From: the human T2T-CHM13v2.0 reference genome, Homo sapiens
Reading direction: 5' to 3' (one strand)
DNA: 64,000 nt
NCBI RefSeq assembly: GCF_009914755.1
Contig: NC_060927.1
Below the pieces are notes generated by a model that was not told the origin of the DNA, made no database searches, and worked only from the letters and a program-made list of their open reading frames with translations. Shown piece after piece: positions 1 to 17,494 of this stretch. Numbering within the stretch: position 1 is the first letter of the stretch; the number at the start of each line of letters is the position of its first letter. A program made the translations under genes and the position numbers.

Positions 1-144
1 AACTTATAGAAATAAAAATTATTAGAAAGAAATACTATGAACAATTGAATGCCAACAAATTAGATAAATGAAATGGACAAATTCCTAGGAAGACACAGAA
101 TACCAAATCTGACTCCACAAGAAATAGATGTTGTGAATAGAGCT

Positions 145-577
145 TGCTATGGTATGAATGTGTCCCCCACAGCTCATGCGTTGGAAACTTAATCCCCAAA
201 GCAACAGCTTTGAGAGGTGAGACCTTTAAGGGTTACTAGGCAGAGCCCCCATGAATGGATTAATGCCATTATTGTGGGAGTGGGTTAGTTATCTCAGAAG
301 TGGGTTCCTGATAAAAGGATGAGTTCGGCCTTCTTCTTCCCCAAAATCTTTATCCCCACCCCCACCTCTATCTTTCTCTCTCTCTCTTACCTCCTCCTCT
401 CCCTTCCTTCTGCCATGGGAGGATGAAACATGAAGGCCCTGGCCAGGTGTGGCCCCTCCATCTTCCGTCTGAGACTGGAAGACTTCCCAGCCTTCAGAAC
501 TGTAAGAAATAAATCTCTCTTCATAAATTACCCAGTCTCAGGTATTCTGTTATAACAACACAAAAACAGACTGAGAC
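145..577. mobile_element. MaLR solo LTR (MST/MLT1A-like)
   Basis: TGCTATGG...tgtccccc start and MaLR end 'ttacccagtctcaggtattctgttataacaaca...agactgagaCA'; flanks gagct/gagtt resemble a 5-bp TSD. Confidence 0.75.
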
Positions 578-810
578 AGAGTTATAACAAGCACAGAGAT
601 TGAGTTAACAATTGAAAACTTCCCACAAAGAAAAGCCCAGTCCCAGATGGCTTCACTGCTAAATTCTACCAAAATGTTTAAAGAAGAATTAACACCAATC
701 CTTCATAAACTTTTCCAAAAAAAACAAAAGAGGAGGGAACTCATTTTATGAGATCGATATTATCTGGATACCAAAGCTGAACAAAGACGCCATAAGGGAA
801 CTACAGACTA

Positions 811-1155
811 TAGTGAGTATCCCCTATTGGAAATGCTTGGAACCAGAAGCGTTTCAGATTTGGAGTTTTTGGAATATTTGCACATACATAATGAGATATC
901 TTGGGGATGGGACACCAGCCTAAACACAACTCATTTATGTTTCATATACACCTTATATACATAGCCTGAAGGTAATTGCACAATATTTTAAGTAACTCTG
1001 TGGATGAAACAAAGTTTCGAGTGCGTTTTGACTATGACCCACCATATGAGGCCAAGTGTGGAACTTTCCTCTTGTGGTGTCACATCAGCACTCAAATAAT
1101 TTTGGATTTTAAAGCATTTTGGAATTCAGATTTCAGATTGGGGATACTCAACCTG
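811..1155. mobile_element. Tigger4/MER46 (Zombi)-like Tc1/mariner MITE
   Basis: Terminal inverted repeats (tagtgagtatccc ... gggatactcaacctg) flanked by TA; second copy at 62863-63238. Confidence 0.8.
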
Positions 1156-1196
1156 TAATACCTCTTCTGAATATAGACGCAAAAATCCTCAATAAG

Positions 1197-1297
1197 ATCC
1201 TTTTGTAGTTCATGAATGTGATGATTGGGCATTCACGTGGATGTGTGAGTGCTACCCTCGAAGCTTGTTTCAACATTGGCACATTATGCATCTGACT
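1197..1297 (+). pseudogene. U13 (SNORD13) C/D-box snoRNA retropseudogene
   Basis: Starts ATCCTTTTGTAGTTCATGA..GTGATGATTGGG (U13 5' end, box C), box D CTGA at 1292-1295, short A tail, imperfect TSD aaatcctcaataag (1183-1196) / aaattctcaataaa (1307-1320). Confidence 0.9.
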
Positions 1298-2924
1298 TGA
1301 AAAAACAAATTCTCAATAAAATACTAACAAACTAAATTTAGCAACATATAAAAAGGATAGATACCATGACCAAGTAGGGTTTATTCAGGAATGGAAGATT
1401 GATTCAACATAAAAAAATTCATCAATGTAATACACGATATTAATAGAATAAAGGACAAAAACCACATGATCATCTTGCTGGGCACAGAAAAAGCATTTGA
1501 TGAAGATCCACACTCTTTCTTGATTCACTCAACAAACTAGAACAAACTATCAAACTCCTCTCCTTCAACTTGATAAAGGCCATCTACAAAAATCCACAGG
1601 TAACATTGTACTTATTGGTGGAAGACTGAATGCTTCCCCCCTAAGATCAGGAACAAGTGAAGTGTGGCCACTCTCACCACTCTTGTTAAACATAGTGCTG
1701 GAAGTTCTAGGCAGGGAAAAACAGCAAGAAAAGGAAGTTAAAGGCATCCAAATCGCAAAGAAAGAAGTTAAAATATTTTTGTTAACAGATGGCATGGTCT
1801 TGAAAATCCTAAGGAATCCACAAGAAAACTATTAGAACTAATAAACCAGTTCAGCAAAGTTTCAAGATACAAGATCAGTGTAGAAATTTTTTACAATTTT
1901 CAACTGCTATTTGCTCATTCCAAATAAGTTTACCTCCAAGGACATATATGTATGAAGAATCCAGGGGAAAGGTTAATTCGATGGCTGTTAATCACAGCCA
2001 AATTTAGCACATCTGCTGTTAGTCAAAATACATTCAAATACATTCAAATAACAGCTGGCATTGTGGAGCACTTGGCATGTGGTACATATCATTCATGTGC
2101 CTTATGTGTACTGACACAGTTACCTGTGGTCGCACCAAGTATCATCGCCATTTCACAATGGGGAAAACTGAAATAGAAAATGGTTAAGTAAATTTGTCAA
2201 AATCACATACCTAATCCCAGCACTTTGGGAGGCTGAGGTGGGAGGATCATGAGGTCAGGATTTCGAGACCAGCGTGACAAACATGGTGAAACCCCGTCTC
2301 TGCTAAAAATACAAAAATTAGCCAGGTATGGTGGCACGTGCCTGTAATCCCAGATACTCAGGAGGCTGAGGCAGGAGAATCACTTGAAGCCAGGAGGTGG
2401 AGGTTGCAGTGAGCCGAGATCACGCCACTGCACTCTATCCTGGGCAACAGAGCGAGACTCTGTCTCAAAAAAAAAAAAAAAGAAAAAGAAAACACCAAAG
2501 CCGGGATTCTATATTTTTTTTCACTCACAAGATCCTGAATGAGTTTATCTGAAGATGATAAGATAAAGAACGCTAGACTGAGAGTTAAACAAGCTCTCTG
2601 GGGCTTTCCTCTGGCTCTTCCACTAACGAGATGTGTGACCTTGGATGAGCAATTTCCCTTTTCTGAATCTCTGTCTCCTCATCTGTAAAAAGAGGGAGCT
2701 GGACTAAATGACAGCTAAAGCCTCCTACAACCTCTAATTCTCTCACACTGGATTTACTCTACACCTGGTATCTGAATTACAAACTCTCCCTTTTCCAGGA
2801 AAGATGAAAGGACCAGGGGAGGACAGACACTTACTTGTCACGACAAGAGATAGGAGAAACTGAAGCAGGACACCATGTCATTTGCACAAGTTGCTGCTTC
2901 AGCCAGTGATGGGTTTAGGTGAGG

Positions 2925-3320
2925 AGCATGGTTATAATTAGAGCAGCAGCCAGTCCTGAAGGCTGTGCCAGCCTCCTTCAGCACAGCTGGGCCTGCCGAC
3001 TGCACATGCAGGAATCTGAGAGGCTGTTCTGGCCTTGAAAATGATCCTTCTTAAAAGGATTTTCCTCCTTCCTCAAGGGAAAGAAAACCTATTGATATAA
3101 AACTTCACTTCCCATTCAGTTTCCCCTGCTAAATGCCACTCCAGTAGAGACTGAGTGTTGATAAATACAGGGGAAGGAAAAAGTCGTAAGCTGAGCCTGG
3201 TCACATTGCCCCTTGTGATATCGTTTTATTTTTAACTTCGCAACACTTGGACTATTTCTGTTGAAGTTTTCTCTCCTTTCCCTGCCTTCCCAACAGAACG
3301 CTGTCCTCTACTGCAGCTGA
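2925..3320 (+). promoter_or_regulatory. FBXO40: Putative muscle-type promoter of FBXO40
   Basis: MEF2 consensus YTAWWWWTAR at 2932-2941 (TTATAATTAG) and 3226-3235 (TTATTTTTAA); CAGCTG E-boxes at 2984 and 3314; repeat-free sequence upstream of a strong donor; FBXO40 is known to be muscle-restricted. Confidence 0.6.
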
Positions 3321-3407
3321 TGCAACCCAGCCACCTCCCGGCAATCCGCTTACTTGCAATCAAGGGTTCAGGTGCAAGCAGATGCTGACTCAGCCTGTTC
3401 CATTAAG
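3280..3407 (+). other. FBXO40: FBXO40 probable non-coding exon 1 (start approximate)
   Basis: Consensus donor AAG|GTAAGT at 3407/3408; TSS cannot be fixed from sequence alone. Confidence 0.65.
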
Positions 3408-3792
3408 GTAAGTATTCAAACAGGAGCAGGTGCACCATGACGAGGACATTCAGTGGTGAATATGCAGATGAAGCTGAGCCGCATATCACTTTTGTGTCCT
3501 GTGGAAGAGGATTGTTAAGCAAATTAGTTATGTAAAGATGTGGGGGAAAGGCTGGCACTGAGAATGAGATCCAGCCGTGTGTAAATTTCTGTTTCCATTT
3601 CAAGAGCAGGTAGAGTACTTGCTTTCTGACAGCTTAGGTTCTTTCTTCTATAATCAACAAGAGTAGTTATGATATCTGTAAAGTTACAACATGGTGATGG
3701 GTGGGGGGATCTGGGGAAGTGGAGGAGGTGGTGAGGAAACAAGTGGAAGGCCTAGAATCCAGGATTTCTATTCCCTTTTCTTTCTTTTTTGA

Positions 3793-3951
<159 letters not shown>

Positions 3952-4125
3952 TAGTAGAGACAGAGTTTCACCTTGATGGCTAGGCTGGTCTTGAACTCCT
4001 GGCCTCAAATGATCCGCCCACCTCAGCCTCCAAAAGCGCTGGGATTACAGGTCTGAGCCACTGTGCCTGGCCCAGAATTTCTATTATTTATTTATTTATT
4101 TAATTCATTGTTATTATTTTTTTGA

Positions 4126-4227
<102 letters not shown>

Positions 4228-7200
4228 TGAGTAGCTGGGACTACAGGCCTGTGCCACCACGCCTGGCTAATTTTTGTATTTTTAGTAGAGATGGGGTTTC
4301 ACCATGTTGGCCAGGCTGGTCTTGAACTCCTGGCCTCAAGTGATCCACCCGCTTCGGCCTCCCAAAGTGCTGAGAATACAAGCATGAGCCGCTGTGCCTG
4401 ATCAGAATTTCTGTTTTCTAAAGTCTAAATGCTGTGATCTTTTCTCCAGTCAACATTTGCTATGTTTGCTTGCAAGTCATTCTCATGTAGCTTAAAATTT
4501 CGTCTGCTGTGTCATACTACTGGTTAATAAGCACAACTGTATTTTCTGTATATACTATTCAAACTCCGCAGAGTTTAACACCTTTTTTTCGCCAACAATA
4601 TTCTCTAAGTGTGGCCCTCTTCTCCCCAGCTCTCTTGAGTCCAAAATGCATCCATGAAATATAAGTGAAATATTTCTCAAGTTGAAAAACTTATATAGGC
4701 TTATGCACCAAAACCAAAGATTGTTACAAGCTTGAACAATTTTGCATATTCAGAGGGATAAAAGTAAAATGACTAATGATACTTGAGGTATCAAAAGTTA
4801 TAACTTTAGACAGATAGTTTCTCGCTTCTGGAATAACTGTATAGTGTTGCATGCACTAAAAATTGGCAAGGTAAGGGAGCAGTGTTTATTTTCTTGTTTT
4901 TCACTGGTTCAAAGTTCAGCTAAGGACATCCTGGGAAGTGGCCTATGCAGCAAAAGGGATTCTGTACACTCTGACCTTTGATGTGTACAGGCTAAAGCCA
5001 CCGATGCCAAGTAAAAGGAGACCTAAACTAACTATTCAGATACCTTAACTCCTGGTTCCTTCCTGCCTGTCTCTGTAACCTCCATATGTACCCCAAGACT
5101 CTGCTATAGGTGTCTGGGTTATCATTATGCCTGTTTCCTGGGCACAAGCAAATTCACTGTGTATAATCACCTAACTTCATTTAATTTTTCCAGGGCCTCC
5201 ACAGCACCAAGGTCTCCAAGGTGTATGCTGGGATGCTGTCCTGGTGAAACTAGGGTGTGTTGGCTTACAAGTAACCAAGCAGACAGATTGAGTCCCAGCT
5301 ACCCCTAGATAATCCAGTTACTTTAGCACTATCTTGGCCAATGCAACTGTAATTTAATAGAATAGTACTGATACAAAAGCACCAGATATAAGAATTAACT
5401 AGCTAATTCAATAACTAATAAGTATAAAGTTAGAGAGATTTCTAGTATAGGTGGAAAACTTCAGATTGTGAAGTGGAATGGATCTGGGAGAGGGTGGTTC
5501 TGTTTTAGGATACAGTGAAGGTACTGGAATCGCAGCGTCGAAGCCAAGGATTATGGAACCCAATGTGGGAATTAGCCTCAGCAAAGTGATTGTGTTAAAA
5601 TCTCAAGAAGGCAAAGAGATTACTTTAATAATTATCTTTATACATTTTCTTTCCCTACAATTAAATATTTCCATAGCAGGGAAACAGGTCAACAATGCAT
5701 AATTAAAGTAACTAATTAATTGGCTGGTTAACAGGTTAAGAGTTAAAAAATCTTTGACCTTTAACTTTTAACCTTGTCACTTTCACTGAAGTTAAAGCTC
5801 AGAAATAAATCATTATTGCCAGCGCCAGCCACATGAGGAGGCAGAATAGTTTAGTTACTGACATCATGTGAGGGGTGCTGAGAGGGCCCCTTGCCTAAAA
5901 ATATCTCCCTGACATCAACCCTGTTTGCCTACTAACTTTAAAATTATAGAAAAGAATGTTAAAACTATTGTTTGTTAATCCCATTCTCTTTTGCTTGAGT
6001 CAGTGATTTAAATACACCTGCTATACGTGTTAGCATGACTTTGTTGACCAGCAACACTTGGTCACCACCTCCTCCTCCTTCTTCCACGCTTTGTCCTACT
6101 CTGCCCTTGGTACCATCTAAGCTGCCAACATGCCTTGGCTGTCACCACTCAGGTAGCTTTGTGTGGTGCTGTGATTTCTACAGACTCTTTCAATAAAACA
6201 TCAAAGCACAATAGAAAAAAAGCACGTGACTAGAGCCAGAGACTCTGGGAGCATAGGCAAGACATTTCACTTCTCAGAGCCTCAGTTTCTCCTCTAGGAA
6301 ACAAGGAGGTTAAAACAGACCCTTTCCTTTCAAAATGAGGTCCTTAGACCATCAGCTTCATCTGGATTTTGTTACAAGGAAAGAGTCTCAGGCCTCACCC
6401 TGGTCCCACTGGATCAGAATCTGCATTTTAAAAAGTTTGCCCGGGTGATTCCTTTGCATGTTGAAGTTTGAGAAGCTATGGAATATGGATTTCTTAATAT
6501 CTGCCTGATCCAGATTTCGGATTCTGTGCCTGTCAAGTGTTTAAAAGAACAAGTACTTTAATCCCCTGCAAACAATCTGGCAGTGCTCAGATTATCTATT
6601 ATAAATCCAGCCCACTGAGGTCTTTTCTTCAATGAGGCCTACATTAACCTAAGTTGAAATGATTTCCTTTTCACCTTAAAAAAAAAAGCAGCCCCAATTA
6701 GCATACATCTGACACCACTCTACTTTCTTCCTAAATTTGTTTCAAATTACTCTCGCAGCTTTTAAAATGCTGCCTTTTTAAGGGTTCAGTTTAATTCAGT
6801 TCAATCCTATTCAATGTTCTCGTTGACTGAGTGCTGGGGGCAGTGTTTGCTCTACTCACTCTCAGTCCCTAGAAGCCCATTTGGTGGGTCCTTAAGAAGT
6901 ATTATCACCCTCTGTTGATATTCCGGTCAGACCTCCTTCCACTGCCTGCACACACCTCGCTGGCGACAACACTTGTGCCCATCATTGGAACCTCTCTCAC
7001 CATTCTCACCATCACAGCAACTTTGCCAGGTTCTGCCAACTGCCACAGCCAATCACAAGAGAGAAGGCAAGTCTCAAGGACCACACTTTCCTTTTTTCTT
7101 GATGAGCAGAATAATGCAGATGAGCAAAAAAATTTACAAATTTTGGCCTAGGAAACAAAGATGCCTTCAAGTTGTCTTTATGGCATCTACAAAGTTTCAG

Positions 7201-8303
7201 TCCTAAAGCAGTACTATTTGAATTCCTAAGTGCTTAAGGAATGGCTCGTGGTGATTAAAGGGGGCCGAAAGTGGGGGGAAGTGTGGAGGCTTACATTCTT
7301 AAAAGAGTGAGGAAATAATTTTTAAAAAATAGAATTTGAATATCATCAAACTGACAGTGGAATATAAGATACATTGGAGTGAGGGGGACTGAAAATGGAA
7401 AGACCAGACATGGCTACAGGAGGGCAGTGGGAACACATGAAGGCCTGGAGGAGGGAGGTGACCATGAGAATGACCTTCCTCATAGAGTGACTCATCTATT
7501 ACACACTCCCTATTTCATCTCATTGGATCCTTGTGCAACCCTATTGGTTATTATAGGCCCCCTTTTTTTTTTTTTTTTTTTGAGACAGAATTTCACTCTG
7601 TTGCCCAGGCTGGAGTGCAGTGGCATGATCTTGGCTCACCACAACCTCTGCCTCCCAGGTTCAAGTGGTTCTTGAGCCTCAGTCTCCCGAGCGTCTGGGA
7701 TTACAGGTGCCTGACACCACACCCGGCTACTTTTTTGTATTTTTAGTAGAGACAGGGTTTCTCCATGTTGGCCAGGCTGGTGTCAAACTCCTGACCTCAA
7801 GTGATCCACCTGCCTTGGCCTCCCAAAGTGCTGGGATTACAGGTGTCAGCCACCGTGCCCTGCTTATAAGTCCTACTTTTGAATTAATAAATTAGCTTTA
7901 GGTAGATTAACTTGTCAAAAATCACTCAGCTTATTCATGGGAGTGCTCATTGATTTACTTTATATTGGGGGTGTCAGGTAAGGACTCTCTGTGGAGGTAA
8001 CATGTAAGCAGAAAACTAAGTGGCAAGAAGGAGTCCACAGAGCAAATACAGAACAAGAGGAGAATTCTCGTAGAAAGAGCAGGTACACAGGCCCTGTGCT
8101 GGAATAAGTGACAAGACCAGAGCAAAGTGCATAAGGGTGGGAGGTCAGGCAAAAGAGCAAGCAAGGGAGAGCTCATGCATGGCCTCATGGGCCAAGAGAA
8201 GGACTTCAGAGTTTATTTCCTTGTGAAGGGAATCCACTGGAAGTTTTAAGTTGGGGAGTAATAACCTAGTTTTGTAAATTGTGAAAAATTACGCCTTCTG
8301 CTG

Positions 8304-9368
<1,065 letters not shown>

Positions 9369-9508
9369 TCAAAAAAAAAAAAAAAAAAGTGAATACAAGG
9401 CATAGTAATTAAAAGGGAAATGGCACCTGGATAGCCATACTCTGTCTCAGGCATAGATTTTTGTCAACCTTTTCACAGTGAAGAATTTCTATAATCTGAG
9501 TGCTTTGA

Positions 9509-10114
<606 letters not shown>

Positions 10115-10923
10115 TAGTAGAGACGAGGTCTTGCTGTGTTGCCCAGGCTGATCTCAATCTCCTGAGCTCAAGCAATCTCCCACCTTGGCCTCCCAATGTG
10201 CTGAGATTACAGACATTTGCCTCAGCACCTGACTTATGTAGTGCATAGTTTTTAACCCTACAACCTTCCCTTTCACAGTTATATCCTCTGAAATGCAAAG
10301 CCATTGGGCCTGGATGTTCCTTTTGTTTTCTGTACTCAGAGAGGGCACAGTATGGGATATGATCCAAAGAAGTATCAAAATAATCGCCATAAGGATGGAG
10401 GGGCTTCTTAAGGAAGGGCATCTGGCTCCTTTACAACCTGAAAAGATTAATAATACATGTGGACACTATTCTGTGCCCCAACTCTAGCGATGGGCTTGCA
10501 TTTTTCCCACACCATGTGGATCAAACACCTGTGTCTCCATGGGCCTTTGAGGGCCAAGTGTGATGTAGCAAAGAGTATAGAGTTTGAAGACAGACAGGCC
10601 TAGGCCTCTTTGTGCCTCAGAATCCTTATTCATAAATTGGAAATGGTAGTACCCACCTCACATGGTTGTTGTGAGAATTAAATGAGGTGTTATGTAAAAG
10701 CATAGGAAAGGCACTAAAATTTCATTTCTCTGCCTCCGTGACACCCAAAATGCAGAGAAATCTCTCAATCTAGGAAAGTCACACAAACCCCATGGGGGAT
10801 AAGGATCCTGTTACTGGGCACAGGAACAGAGAAGATTGGGAGAACAGGTCATCTTCTATCACAAGGCAACCAATGATATATCTAATTTGATCATTTTGGG
10901 GCAACACCAGTTGGTTCCTACTT

Positions 10924-11040
10924 AAGGTGATCAATCAACTGTCCAGATTTGCCCGGAACTCAGGCATTTTCTGGGATATGGGACTTTCAGTGCTAAACCA
11001 GGAGAGTCCTAGGCAAACCAGGACAAATTGGTCATCACAC
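10924..11040. mobile_element. MER81-like hAT-Blackjack MITE
   Basis: ggtga..aac..tcc.g.tttgccc.g ... gggactttcagtgctaaa ... ggcaaaccaggac...ttggtcatc; related copy at 42787-42899. Confidence 0.7.
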
Positions 11041-12804
11041 TTACCCAGCCATGATTAGACTATCGAGAGTTCCAGATTGACCCTTATATCAGTGAGAACA
11101 ATTTCCCCCCCATACACAACAAAGGCTCAGATGTGATTTGTTTATAGATGTGAGGCTATTTCATCTTCCCCCTTCCTTTCATTGTCAAACTTCTCTGGAG
11201 TGGTCTCCACTCACCGTGCCTTTCTGCTCTGTACATGTCCTCTCTCAAAGTCACTCATCGGGTGTAGCTCCAAAGCCTGGTAGGAGAGCTTTAAATAGCA
11301 ACATGAAAAAAAAAAGCGTCTTTGTTATCTCTTAAAGGGACATTTTCAAGTAACTTCAAGGAGCTGGAGAACAATAAGGCTGCACAACAAATGTTTCCAG
11401 CTTCAATAATACTGTTCCCAAGAACCATACTCCATAGTGCTGAAGGGTAAGAAATGATAGAGCTTAAGAGTTAGTCACCAGTGTCCCTCCAGCCAGACAC
11501 AGCCCTGCTGCTGGGGCAGAGTTCTCACTGCACACATAGAAGCACACTGAACTAGCCAGCCCTTCTTTTCCTTTCCAGGAACTGAGCTCAACTTAATGAC
11601 AGAACAGGCTGGCATATATGAAGTTAGACTTTCCTGGAGCTGGTAGCTTTTTTCACAGAGCATTATTCCATTTGTGATTTTCCCCTTCTTTCCCACCTAA
11701 AAAGCAGCAGGGGACTCTGAATTATCCAGACTTTGTCATCATTGGTGAATTTCTCTTCTGAATAAAAATAGATGGCCACATTCTCTCAGCCAGGACAGGC
11801 CCTGACAACAATGGAGTGTATGCTTAATAGCTTTTCCTTCCTCTACAAGCAAACAACACATTTTCAATGGCCAAGGGTCCCACTGCGCAGCTAAAATGCC
11901 ACACTTGCTCTGGCAAGAGCTCTTTGGGGACCTGCCATAAGCAGTGACATTGTCATCATTGTTCTTAACTTTGCAGTATCATTTGAGGCCGTAGCTCACT
12001 TTTTCCTTTGCATCTGTGACAACATAGTCCTGACTCTTTTAGCTCTCTGATCTCTCCGTCTCTGGTTCTACTTCTTCCTAATTTCCCCCAAAGCCATCAT
12101 ACTTGGCTATGTACTTCATGGCTCCAATTTCTATTCTGTTTTTACTTTCCCACATATGGCTTCCCCTCTCACTTGTAAGTGGATACTTCACAAATCTGCA
12201 TCTCCACATTCCAGTCCCTCATCTTCCCATCCATGAGATCTATCATCCTCTCAAGCAACTTGTATTAAACTTTCAGGACCCATCTCTCCTCCCCAAATTG
12301 TTCCCTCTTTAGATCTCTATTTTTCTCAAAAATTATAGCCAACATTCTTTCTTCCTGGTTCGAAATCTTGGCATCAACTTTGTTTCCTTTTTTACCATCC
12401 CAGCCAGAAATAAAAATGTGATTCTCCCTTTGTAATGTCTTCTATGTGTCTCATCTTGACTATTTTTACTGTCATTGGTCTCACCCATCCAAGCTTCCAT
12501 CGCATTCTCTACACAGCAGTTTCTAACTCTAGGTCTTCCTACTCCATTTATTCCTCCAGTACTCTTACTTAACACCCCAATTACAGTGTTAAATGGCTCC
12601 CTATTGTGTATCAAATAATTCCAGATGCTTTAGCCTAATATTTAAACATTTCCACATTAAGTCCATAATGGACTCTTTTTTTTTTTCCAAAAGTGACCTG
12701 GAATATGGCAGGAATCTACCTCTACATTACACTGCATGTTAAGAGATCAGTAGCTGGGCTCTTGGACCCAAAGATGTGTTTCCTGCTGGATCCTATTCTG
12801 CTCC

Positions 12805-13069
12805 ATCACAGTCCATTTTTGTCCATTCAGGCTTCTATAACAAAAGATTCTAGACTGGGCAGCTTACAGACAACAGAAACTATTTGGAGACTGGAAAAGC
12901 CAAGATCAAGATGCCAGCAGATTCTGTGTCTCGTAAGGGCCTTCTTGGGTCACAGACTGCCATCTTTTACTCCTGTCCTCATGTGGTGGAAGGGACAAAG
13001 GATCTCTCTTGGGCTTCTTTTATAAGGGCACTAATTCTATTCATGAGGGTTTTACCCTGATGTCTTAAT
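12805..13069. mobile_element. MLT1 (MaLR) LTR, left part; continues at 25866-25964 after the provirus
   Basis: ...gggcactaattctattcatgagggttttaccctgatgtcTTAAT joins (TAAT)cacttctctaaggcccca...tatgaatttggggg..acaaacattcagatcatagca, a continuous MLT1-type sequence. Confidence 0.8.
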
Positions 13070-13964
<895 letters not shown>

Positions 13965-14019
13965 TATTTCCCCCTTCTGTCATGAGTGGACCCTTAATCC
14001 TAAGGGACACTGAAGGGCA

Positions 14020-15900
<1,881 letters not shown>

Positions 15901-16092
15901 ATAAAAGAGAAGCTACATTCTATAGTTATATCCTGTAAGGACATAGATATTGCTTACCCAGAGCTGGGACAGACTCATACCAGTAAAAGTAAAAGACGAC
16001 CAGGAGGAGGATCAGGAAGACTAACCTTGCCCCCAAGCTTATCCAGAGCATCACTTTGTAGTAAGAAGCTTCCAAGGATTTCTCCTGAAGAG

Positions 16093-16208
16093 GAAGTATA
16101 GACCTTCTACTGGCTCACAAGAGTAAACTAGATTAGCAGACTGGGTGTCAGAAGTGTAGACCTTCTACTGGCTCACAACGGTAGACTAGATTAGCAGACT
16201 GGGCGTCG
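16093..16208. repeat. 58-bp tandem duplication at the 3' end of pol
   Basis: gaagt(a/g)tagaccttctactggctcacaa..gta.actagattagcagactggg.gtc at 16093 and 16151. Confidence 0.9.
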
Positions 16209-16869
16209 GTAGCTTGTGGGGCTCCATAAGAAACAGGTTTAATTCAAGACAAATGTACCTAACTGTGAATCCCTTGCAGTTTAACTGCTATTGGAGTGGT
16301 CAGAGCACTTGATATGGACCTTTCCACATTGGGGAAAGCTGGTCACTAGAGACCCTTCCATTCAAGTCTTTAGTAAGGTTAAATACCCTAGTTGAACTGA
16401 AACAGAATTTTCCTCTCATGTGGGGAGGGAAAGCCTTTTATATCCATATTCACACAATGCATTTTGCACTTGTCCTAGATTGATAACATATTTTTGTAAT
16501 TAATGAATCATTTCATCTATTAGGAGATTTGCAGTTAGGAAAGGCCTTCCATATGTTAATGCAAAAGGACTTAATTATAAGTTTCCCTTTGGAGCAGCTC
16601 AAACCTGCAGTAAAGCTACAGGCAATAGAGATAGCCAGGTCTCTGATGTTTCCTGGCAAATTTAGCCGGAGTCCTCTTTAGCCTATGATTAACCCTTTCC
16701 ACCTTTCCAGAGGATTGGGGTCTCCATGCAGAATGAAGATGATATTGGATTCCCAATGCCAAGGATAGGTATTGGGTTATGCCTGCCGTGAAAGAGGGGC
16801 CATAGCTACTTTGCAATCTTTCAGGTAATCCAAACTGAGGAATTATTTCTTTTAATAAACTTTTAGATA

Positions 16870-17494
<625 letters not shown>

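Larger units (their letters stand above)
1..1890 (+). mobile_element. Old LINE-1 (L1M-type) ORF2 fragment, interrupted by MaLR LTR, Tigger MITE and U13 retrocopy
   Basis: Typical L1 ORF2 motifs (ccagatggcttcactgctaaattctaccaaa, gcaaaaatcctcaataa, agaaaaagcatttga, cagatggcatg); no open frame; ends approximate. Confidence 0.85.
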
